A stretch of 63,183 bases of DNA, counting the filler. It is 6 parts of 6 records of this genome, joined end to end, with 100 filler letters (N's around TTAATTAATTAA, not from the genome) between each part and the next. Parts side by side here need not be neighbours in the genome. Positions count along the whole stretch, not along the records: positions 32,539 to 44,589 come from SRR2962707_798; positions 44,690 to 55,498 come from SRR2962707_800; 4 more parts are not named here. The stretch is one strand, 5' to 3'. Below the pieces are notes generated by a model that saw only the letters and a list, made by a program, of their open reading frames with translations, was not told the origin of the DNA and ran no database searches. Positions 44,512 through 52,716 of this stretch are shown in pieces (position 1 is the first letter of the stretch; each line of letters begins with the position of its first letter). Made by a program: the position numbers and the translations under genes.

Positions 44512-44560
44512 TTCACGCCCGCTCGGGCGGGCGTCACGGCCATCGCCGCCTTTTGGGCTC

Positions 44561-44589
44561 TTAGAGCCTGTTTACGATCTATTCACCGC
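44561..44589. repeat. Possible terminal inverted repeat of an IS5-like element or MITE at contig end
   Basis: TTAGAGCCTGTTTACGATCT just before the assembly break; resemblance recalled, not searched. Confidence 0.4.
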
Positions 44590-44689
44590 NNNNNNNNNNN
44601 NNNNNNNNNNNNNNNNNNNNNNNNNNNNNNNNNTTAATTAATTAANNNNNNNNNNNNNNNNNNNNNNNNNNNNNNNNNNNNNNNNNNNN
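44590..44689. other. Artificial contig linker
   Basis: N-run with TTAATTAATTAA. Confidence 0.98.
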
Positions 44690-46999
44690 ATCGTTGATGC
44701 GAACGCCGTCCAGTTCCCGATTGAGCTGGGCCTCGAACCGTGCAATGTGTTCGTGGTTGGACTTCAGGGCCTGGCGGTAGCTGGCGACGGTTTCATTGTG
44801 GATACCAACCTGCTGCTCCAGTACACTCCAGCGCTCGGCCATGCCGGCGTACAGATCTGAAAGGCTCTTGAAGGTGCTTCGGATAACAGACGACGCGGGG
44901 CTGTCTTTCTGCAATTCCCCTTCGGTATCTTCATGGATACCCAGGTACACAAACTGGCGAAGGTGGTCGAGAATGTTGCGGCGCCGCTCTTCCAGATCAT
45001 CCAATTGGCTTTGCAGGGCGTCGAAGGCGGCCGCCGATACACGATCAATGTCCCGTGGCTGCTCCGCTTCAACCGCTCTCAGGTGCGGGAAGCGGTGCTC
45101 CACAGTGCCGACACTTTTACTCAGGGCCGCCAGCTCGCGCTCTCGCTCTTCGATGCGATCTTTCTCCGCTTTTGCTTTAGTGGCTTTCGCCTGAACCGCG
45201 TCCTGTTTTTCCTGCTCCAGTCCGGCCTGCTCGTCGAGCTTGGCAAGCTGTTCTTCCGCCGCCTGTTTCTCCTCGGTGGCATCCCGCAGGGTGGTGGCCG
45301 CCGCCGGGTAGCGCTGGAGCGTTTCCAGATCTTTCTCGATAGACCGGATTTCCTTGTCCGTGCGCTCGATCAAGTGAGGTCGGTCGTGTTCCTGGTTGGC
45401 GGTGTCGGCGAGCTCTGAGCGTTCTTTCTCCAGACCATGAAGCTCACCTTCAATATGATGGCGTTGCTCGGCAAAGGTGGTGTGCCGGGCAGGCTGGCTC
45501 TGGTATTCAGTATCAAACCAGTCAAAGCCGCGATCGTTGGGGGCAAACAGGCGAGCGAAGGCTTCAATGGTGGCTTTGCTATCGGCATCCAGATCCTGTC
45601 CGGGGCTTGCCATCATCAGCCGGGGATCAACCGCCCGCAAAGGCGCGGCGGTCGTTTCGTCCAGCTGGTTCTGCAACTGCCACTGCTGTTTGCTCTCCCG
45701 GTCTTTCAGGGTTTCCAGCTTGCGCTCCAGATCCTGCTTTTTGCGCTGAATCTGCTCCAGTCGGATTTCCGCCTGGGCGGCGCTTTTCAGGGCAGCAAGG
45801 TGGCCTTTCTTGCTTTCCAGTTCTTCGGTCTGGATCTCTGCAATTTCCTGTAGGGTCATGTCGCCATACTGCGAGATCAGCAGCTCACCGTCTTTCTGGC
45901 TCTGTTCGGCCTGCTTGATACGCCGATCGGCGGAGCGAATCTCGCCCTTCAAACCGCTGGCATCCTGCTCCAGTTTTTTCAGGGTTTGCAGCACGTGGCG
46001 CAGGGTGTCGTTCTGATCGTTGAAAGCCTCAAGCGCCGCCCCGCGTTTGGCAGCAATATCGGCCAAGGCGTTGGTCACCCCGTCCCGGAAGGCGGCAAAC
46101 TCGTGCTGGCTGCGCAGCAGGGTCTGGTAGGCCTGGTAGTCCCGGTTCAGCTTCTCAAACCGGTGTCGCTCTTTCTCGATACGGTTGAGCTGGCTTTGCT
46201 GCTGCTTGAGCTGATCGTGGCGATTGAGGAAATCGTCGATGTTGAAGTCAAAGGCATCGTCAGCAAACTTCTTGTCCGCTTCGATAATGCTGGCCACGGC
46301 GTTGGCCATGGCCTGATCGTCCGCCTTCATCTCGAACAGCAGCAGGATCAGCGTGCGCAGGGATTGCACCCGGCGTTCGTCCGATTCGCCCAGGGGCAGC
46401 ACGGAGTAACGCACCGCGTCGGCGTTCATCAACTCACTGCTGTAGAGCATGGTTTTCAGTTTGGCCGGGTCGTTGACCAGCCTGGTCTCTTTCGAGAGCT
46501 TTTTCAGTGCCTCAGACAGGCGGGTGAATGAGAGCTCCGGCACCGCCTGGCCAATGCCATCTTCATCGTCGCCGTTCCAGAACAAAGGTCGCAACTGGTC
46601 GTAACTGACCGGTACAAAGGCCCGGCCGTAGCTAAGCTGGCTTGCGTTGTCGCGATACAGGATCTGGCAATGGCTGCCCGCCGGGTTTTCCGCTTCCATA
46701 ATCAGGAAGCTGAACTGGCTGGGGAAGTAGTGCTGGAAGCTTTCTTCGTTGGTGTAGAAGCTGCCGGCGCTGGCGTTGCGGAAGGCAAATTTCTTGCGGC
46801 TGTTCTTGAAGTTATTCTCTGGCAACAGGAACAGGCGCAGGGAGTTCAGCAAGCTGGATTTACCCAGGTTGCCCGGCCCCAGAATCAGGCCGTGGTTGTC
46901 TACCGGAATTTCCACGTAACAGAAGCCGGCGGAGTCCACCAGCACCAGGCGGCGAATGCCGAAGGTGAACGTGCTCGCGCTCGCCTGTGAATCACTCAT
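44690..46999 (-). CDS. SMC-like ATPase, MksB/JetC type; 3'-truncated
   Basis: GIRRLVLVDSAG...GPGNLGKSS Walker A; two long coiled-coil arms around a short globular middle with no CxxC hook; LNRELDGVRIND at the break. Confidence 0.82.
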
Positions 47000-47774
47000 C
47001 CAGAATCATCTCCTGTTCCATGAATTTGCCGGTGGCCCGGAAGGCCTGCGCCAGCGACACAAACTCCAGATCTTCCGCCAGCGACAGGGCTTTTGTAAAC
47101 CTTTCGGTGGAGTCCGGGGTTTTGCGGAAACGGCTCAGCCAAGGTTGCCAGTCAGCCGGCTGCAGATAGCAGGCCTTGTCGCCCAGTGCCGATCGCACCG
47201 ATGAAAACATCTGCAGGCCGCCGGCATCGTAATCAAAGGCGCAGAGCACCTCATCGTAACTGGTCAGCCAGTTCAAATCCGCAGTACCGGTAATCCGATT
47301 GCCGCCACCGAGCACGACATCGCTGTTTGTGAGATCAACTGTCTGGCCCAGGCAGTCACCGGCAAAGGCCAGCATCTGTCGGTAGTAATAAAAATTTCGC
47401 TCATTCTCCACCACCAGCACCCGGGGCGCTGGCCGAAAACCGATATCCACCGAATCTCCGGTAATCACCACCGAATCCGGCCGGCTGCCTGTCAGGGCGT
47501 GATGATATACCAGCAGAAAACTCACATCGGTGCCGTGGCGGTGGGAATCGCCCTTCTTCGCCGCATCTACTCTGCTAACGGGTGAAGCGGCCTGTCGATG
47601 TAACTCCGCAAACGCAGCTTCATCAAGAATGGTTACCTGCCAGCGATTGGCGCCAACCTTCTCCGTTGCGAACAGCTCCCGATGCCGCCGACGCTGGGAA
47701 TCCGGCAGCTTCTTCAGAAAGGCCTCGTAGTTAATCGCCTGGCCCTGAAGGATTTTCTGGAGGTAGTTCTTCAA
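46992..47774 (-). CDS. TOPRIM-domain protein, MksG/JetD (Topo VI-A-like) type
   Basis: VLVVENERNF (Glu), LGGGN, CAFDYDAGG (DxD), terminal MEQE; TTG start with AGGTGA RBS; 8-nt overlap with the SMC gene. Confidence 0.75.
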   Translation of the reverse strand: MKNYLQKILQGQAINYEAFLKKLPDSQRRRHRELFATEKVGANRWQVTILDEAAFAELHRQAASPVSRVDAAKKGDSHRHGTDVSFLLVYHHALTGSRPDSVVITGDSVDIGFRPAPRVLVVENERNFYYYRQMLAFAGDCLGQTVDLTNSDVVLGGGNRITGTADLNWLTSYDEVLCAFDYDAGGLQMFSSVRSALGDKACYLQPADWQPWLSRFRKTPDSTERFTKALSLAEDLEFVSLAQAFRATGKFMEQEMILDE

Positions 47775-47845
47775 TAGCTCACCTGTCCGCAGATTGTTAT
47801 TATCGGTCTACCAAAATATGACACCTTATGAGCCACGGAGGGCCC

Positions 47846-48106
47846 ATGCCAACCATCAGTGAATTCTTCGGCATTCTGATACGGATGTATTACGATGACC
47901 ATAATCCTCCCCATTTTCACGCTTATTATGGGGAACACGAGGCCATCATTCTGATCGAAACGCTGGAGATTGTTGAGGGCAAACTGCCCAAAAGAGCCAA
48001 AGCGATGGTTATCGAATGGGCCTTTGAACACCGGCAGGACCTTATCGCAGACTGGCGCCTTGCCGAGCTGCACCAGCCACTGAAGAAGATAGAGCCATTG
48101 GAATGA
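47846..48106 (+). CDS. DUF4160 family protein (putative TA toxin)
   Basis: MPTISEFFGILIRMYYDDHNPPHFHAYYGE; GGAGG RBS. Confidence 0.88.
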   Translation: MPTISEFFGILIRMYYDDHNPPHFHAYYGEHEAIILIETLEIVEGKLPKRAKAMVIEWAFEHRQDLIADWRLAELHQPLKKIEPLE

Positions 48107-48369
48107 ACAGCATGCCCAGAGTCACCCATGTGGAAGCCAAGGCCGATTACGTACTGGCCGTCACCTTCGATGATGGTACTCACGGCGAGATCAGCCTTGC
48201 AGATCGTTTGTTTGGCCCGATGTTCGAGCCCCTGAAAGACCCGGCATTCTTTGCTCAAGCAAAAGTTGATGAGTTCGGAGCCATCTGCTGGCCCAACGAA
48301 GCAGACATTGCCCCGGATGCTCTCTACCGCAAAATCAAATCTGAACAAACTGGAACAGTATGTCGCTGA
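48103..48369 (+). CDS. DUF2442 family protein (putative antitoxin)
   Basis: ATGA overlap; YVLAVTFDDG, FEPLKDPAFF, ICWPNEADIAPDALY. Confidence 0.88.
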   Translation: MNSMPRVTHVEAKADYVLAVTFDDGTHGEISLADRLFGPMFEPLKDPAFFAQAKVDEFGAICWPNEADIAPDALYRKIKSEQTGTVCR

Positions 48370-49007
48370 AGTACAAGATCGTACCCGTCACACCCTTTGA
48401 ACAAAACTGCACCCTGCTCTGGTGTACCGAAACCCACAAAGCAGCGGTGGTCGACCCTGGCGGGGACCTGGATCGCATTCTGGCGGCAGCCGAGGACGAA
48501 GGCGTGATTCTGGAAAAGATCCTTCTCACCCACGCCCACATAGATCACGCCGGCGGCACGGCGGAGCTGGCCAAATCAGCGGGGCTGCCCATTGAAGGCC
48601 CGCACAAGGACGACAACTTCTGGATTCAGGGCCTGGCCATGCAGGCACAGATGTTCGGGTTTCCGGCGCCGGAGGTGTTCACGCCCAATCGATGGCTGGA
48701 AAACGGGGATACAGTGACCGTTGGCAATGAAACCCTGGAAGTACTGCACACGCCGGGCCACACCCCTGGCCATGTGGTGTTTTTCCATCGAGGTTCAAAA
48801 CTGGCCCAGGTGGGTGACGTGCTGTTCAATGGTTCCATTGGCCGCACGGATTTCCCGAAAGGCGATTACAACACCCTGATTCACTCCATCCGGGAAAAGC
48901 TGTTCCCTCTGGGGGATGACGTAAACTTCATCTGTGGCCACGGCCCCATGTCTACGTTCGGCCAGGAACGCGCCACCAATCCGTTTGTGTCTGATCACCG
49001 GGGCTGA
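48360..49007 (+). CDS. Metallo-beta-lactamase-fold hydrolase (YcbL/GloC-like)
   Basis: PVTPFEQNC, THAHIDH, TPGHTPG, GDVLF..SIGRTDFP. Confidence 0.92.
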   Translation: MSLKYKIVPVTPFEQNCTLLWCTETHKAAVVDPGGDLDRILAAAEDEGVILEKILLTHAHIDHAGGTAELAKSAGLPIEGPHKDDNFWIQGLAMQAQMFGFPAPEVFTPNRWLENGDTVTVGNETLEVLHTPGHTPGHVVFFHRGSKLAQVGDVLFNGSIGRTDFPKGDYNTLIHSIREKLFPLGDDVNFICGHGPMSTFGQERATNPFVSDHRG

Positions 49008-49030
49008 ACGCCCCGGTAAAAACGCCCACT

Positions 49031-50647
49031 TCAGCCCTGGGACAGGCGGAACTGCTCGATGGTTTTGCGCAGGGTTTCCGCCATGGACAGCAGATTCCCT
49101 GCAATCCGCGCGGTCTCCTGAGCATCGCTGGAGGTCTGCTCAGCAGAGCGGCTGATTTCAATCACATTCTGATTGATGGAGTCCGACACTTCGCTCTGCT
49201 CGTTAGCCGCACTTTCCATTTCCTCATTCAGGCCCGTGATCTCACGCACCGCTGCAGCAATGGTTTGCAGCTCGGTTTCCACTTTCAGAATTGAGTCCAC
49301 CTGATGCTGGGCAAGTTCCGAGGCATGGCGCATGGTACCGACACAATCCACCACCTCTTTCTTCAGTCCTTCAATGGTTTGGCGAATTTCCTCAGTCGAC
49401 GTTTGCGTGCGCGAGGCAAGTGCCCGGACTTCGTCTGCGACCACGGCAAATCCCCGGCCCTGCTCACCAGCTCTGGCCGCTTCAATGGCCGCGTTCAGGG
49501 CCAACAGGTTCGTCTGGTCGGCAATCTCGGAAATCAGCTCCAGCCGTGAGGCCATTTCCGTTGTCCGCTGATCCAACTGCTCAATACGCTGCGCACCGTT
49601 CTGGACTTCCGCGTTCAGAGATTCAATACCCTGAACCGCATTTCTAGCCAGATGCTCTCCGGTTTCTGCCGATTTGGTGGTATCGGCCGATTTCCGTGCG
49701 GTAGTCACCGCGTTCTCTCGAACCTGCACCGCGGAAGCGGCCATCTCGGTGGTGGCACTGGCCACCTGGTCGGTATTGTCTTTCTGGGCCAGCACTTCCT
49801 GCTCGGTGGTCTCTGCCTTACCGGCGATGGTGCGGGCCGCCGCTTCAACCTGTTCTGCGTTGTCCATCACCGTATGCATGCTGGCGCGGATCTTGGCGAC
49901 CATCCGATTGAACGCACGAGAGACCGAACCAATCTCATCGTTTCGGGTTACCTCCAGCTCTATGGAGAGATCCGAATTGCGGGAGATTTCATCCATTCGG
50001 TCGTGTAGCCGACGTAAGCGGGAAAACACCAGGCGCCCCAACACTACGGTAGTCAGTATGAAAATAACCACAAAGATCAGAATCTGGATACCGCCACTCA
50101 CCATCAACTGCTGCTGCAGGCGCGCGTCGCTCTCCGCCAAAGAATAGTCGACCCGAATAGCGCCAAGCACGTCCCCTTCCTGGGCCTGGTGACAGCCGAG
50201 GCAGTTCACGCCCTGATAGTTTTCGCTGGCAATAACCGGCTCGATCAACGTGTAGACACGACCCGCGTCGTTCTCCGAATAGTGCTCTACCCGTTCACCA
50301 TCCAGCGCTTTCATGTCCAGCGGCTCACGGCGTTGTTCCGCAGCATTCCCAGCACCGTACATGGCATTCATCTGATCGCTGCGGATCACCCGAACATCCA
50401 GTACGTCCTCGGGAGCCATCACCTTCTCGCGCAGAACATCACGGTTATTAATGGTGCCCGTCACCATCATGGTGTTCAGGCCATCGAAAAAGGACTTTGC
50501 CAGACCATCCACGTATTTGTGACTGTACTCTTCGAGGTGGGCTCGCTGGGACTGCGCGCTGTAAACAACCGTAAACACGAGAATGACGGTGAAAGCCGCA
50601 GCCAGTGCTGCCAATAACAGGAAACGGATTGAATATTGTTTTTTCAT
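49031..50647 (-). CDS. Methyl-accepting chemotaxis protein with periplasmic CxxCH heme-c motif
   Basis: TM1, periplasmic domain with CLGCH (50189-50203), TM2, [38 protein letters not shown]. Confidence 0.93.
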   Translation of the reverse strand: MKKQYSIRFLLLAALAAAFTVILVFTVVYSAQSQRAHLEEYSHKYVDGLAKSFFDGLNTMMVTGTINNRDVLREKVMAPEDVLDVRVIRSDQMNAMYGAGNAAEQRREPLDMKALDGERVEHYSENDAGRVYTLIEPVIASENYQGVNCLGCHQAQEGDVLGAIRVDYSLAESDARLQQQLMVSGGIQILIFVVIFILTTVVLGRLVFSRLRRLHDRMDEISRNSDLSIELEVTRNDEIGSVSRAFNRMVAKIRASMHTVMDNAEQVEAAARTIAGKAETTEQEVLAQKDNTDQVASATTEMAASAVQVRENAVTTARKSADTTKSAETGEHLARNAVQGIESLNAEVQNGAQRIEQLDQRTTEMASRLELISEIADQTNLLALNAAIEAARAGEQGRGFAVVADEVRALASRTQTSTEEIRQTIEGLKKEVVDCVGTMRHASELAQHQVDSILKVETELQTIAAAVREITGLNEEMESAANEQSEVSDSINQNVIEISRSAEQTSSDAQETARIAGNLLSMAETLRKTIEQFRLSQG

Positions 50648-50911
50648 GTGACCCCGACAACGGAAGATGATCTGGACATCCAAGAGTAATGACGGCGAAT
50701 TGGCGCATAACTTTATAGATATGCATCAATTTTTTTATGACGCAGATCATCCGGACGCGCCCGCTATGTCATTCCTTGCAATGTTTTACATTCGTCCCGG
50801 CACACTCAAACCAGAAGGCAAGGCAGATTGGCCCGAAACCTGCACAGCCTGATGCATCACGGACTAATTCCGTGATATCCGGCAGAGATTTTCCGTTCAG
50901 GGGAGGCAACC

Positions 50912-51568
50912 ATGTCATTGCTGACATCACTGTTACAGGCCAGCACGCGCTTTCAGCAAGCCATGGACAACCGTGTGCCGCGCACTGACGTACCCGCCGG
51001 TAAAAGCAATGAAGGCGCCGCCACAGGCGAGCCCCAGAGCAGCACCGACGACCGCTTCACGCCGTCACAGTGGCAGGAGCGCAACCCGGCCAGTCAGAAA
51101 ACCCGGCAATTGCCACTGACCCAGTACAAGCAGACGGTTGCCCAGGACCTGTCCTACGTTCGTGAAACCTTGCGGCACAAACTTGCCGAATACAACGTAC
51201 ACCCGGCAACGGCGCTGAGCGTGAGCAAAACCGAGCAAGGCAGCATTCAGCTGGACGGCAAAATTCCCGACCAGGTGCGGGAGAGGATACAACAGGATCT
51301 CAACAACAACCGGGGATTTGGTGAGGCGTTAAGCCGCTTGAGCGTGACCGAACCCACCCTGCACTTCATGGATAATGCGCTCAAGCTCAATCAGGCTTAT
51401 GGCGTGAACAATTCCCTGCTGGATTCACTGCTCAGCGAAAACCAGCAGTTCAATGGACTGCAAGATGTCATCCACCGCTATGACAGCCTTCGCCGCACCG
51501 CCACACCCGCCGAGACGGGTATCACAGCGCAGCAACGCTACGCCTTCAGCCTGAATACCCGGGCCTGA
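50912..51568 (+). CDS. Hypothetical protein
   Basis: 218-aa ORF with GGGAGG RBS filling the gap between genes; no family recognised. Confidence 0.7.
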   Translation: MSLLTSLLQASTRFQQAMDNRVPRTDVPAGKSNEGAATGEPQSSTDDRFTPSQWQERNPASQKTRQLPLTQYKQTVAQDLSYVRETLRHKLAEYNVHPATALSVSKTEQGSIQLDGKIPDQVRERIQQDLNNNRGFGEALSRLSVTEPTLHFMDNALKLNQAYGVNNSLLDSLLSENQQFNGLQDVIHRYDSLRRTATPAETGITAQQRYAFSLNTRA

Positions 51569-51593
51569 AGCCCGGGGGTAACTGCTAATCAGA

Positions 51594-52217
51594 TCAAACC
51601 TGAAACGGGGCCGGATCACCCTTGCCCACCCGCGTAACTTCAGGCACATCACCGGTAAAGTTGACCACCGTGGTAGCCTCCATACCGCAGAAACCGCCAT
51701 CAATAATCAGATCAAGCTCATGCCCGAGGGTCTCGCGAATATCGTAAGGATCGGTCAAAGGTTCGGTTTCACCCGGCAGAATCAGGGTGCTGCTCATAAT
51801 CGGCTCACCCAGCTCACCCAGCAATTCCCGAACAATCTCGTTGTCCGGAACCCGGATGCCGATAGACCGCCGTTTGGGATGCAGCAACCGGCGAGGCACC
51901 TCGCTGGTCGCGTTCAGAATAAAGGTGTACGGGCCCGGCGTGAAATTCTTCAGTAACCGATACTGGGTATTGTCCACCTTGGCATAAACCCCGATGTCTG
52001 ACAGGTCACGACACACCAGGGTGAAGTTGTGCTTGTCGTCCAGGCGCCGAATTCGCTTGATACGGTCTGCCGCCTGCTTGTCACCAAGGTGACAGCCCAG
52101 TGCGTAGCCTGAATCTGTGGGATAGACAATCACCCCACCCTTGCGCAAAATCTCCACCGCCTGCTTGATCAGACGCTTTTGCGGTGTTTCCGGGTGAATC
52201 TGAAAAAACTGGCTCAT
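51594..52217 (-). CDS. yciO: Sua5/YciO/YrdC family protein
   Basis: MSQFFQIHPETPQKRLI, YPTDSGYALGC, TPGPYTFIL, IGIRVPD. Confidence 0.9.
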   Translation of the reverse strand: MSQFFQIHPETPQKRLIKQAVEILRKGGVIVYPTDSGYALGCHLGDKQAADRIKRIRRLDDKHNFTLVCRDLSDIGVYAKVDNTQYRLLKNFTPGPYTFILNATSEVPRRLLHPKRRSIGIRVPDNEIVRELLGELGEPIMSSTLILPGETEPLTDPYDIRETLGHELDLIIDGGFCGMEATTVVNFTGDVPEVTRVGKGDPAPFQV

Positions 52218-52570
52218 CCATTAGCTCCTTGTTGAAGCTTCTTGTCCATTGCTGCATCACCTTTCGACCCGCCCATACAGTTGGGCGAAACCGGAGACGC
52301 CTGACCACTGGCCGTCCACTCTTCCGGCGTATACAGATGCAATGCCAGAGCATGCACCGGCCCCGCCAGTTCATCCGCCAGAACCTTGTAAATTGCCTGG
52401 TGGCGCCGCACCTTCATCTGCCCTTCAAAATCCGCTGACACCAGCGTTACCTTGAAATGGGTTTCAGAGTTGGGTGGCACCGAATGCATATGGCTTTCGT
52501 TCTCCACAGAAATCACGCTGGCGTTAAAGCCCGCGACCAGCTTTTCCTCTATGCTTTCCTGTACTTTCAT
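52214..52570 (-). CDS. bolA: BolA family protein
   Basis: ENESHMHSVP..SETHFKV, RRHQAIY, VHALALHLYT, SPNCMGG. Confidence 0.92.
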   Translation of the reverse strand: MKVQESIEEKLVAGFNASVISVENESHMHSVPPNSETHFKVTLVSADFEGQMKVRRHQAIYKVLADELAGPVHALALHLYTPEEWTASGQASPVSPNCMGGSKGDAAMDKKLQQGANG

Positions 52571-52716
52571 AAAACACCTACTCCGGACTTTAAGCATCAA
52601 TGTCCCGACCTGCTGTGTAAACAGTCTACTACAGTACGCCGCGGAACCCCGAAGCCCTTGACACAAAAGCCTCAAAGCGACACATTCCCCTGCCAGCAAC
52701 CAATCCCCAGATACCC

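Noticed and set aside
44690-46999. SbcC/Rad50 or RecN assignment
   Set aside because: No CxxC zinc hook in the middle region, no SbcD nuclease upstream, and an N-terminus that resembles MksB.
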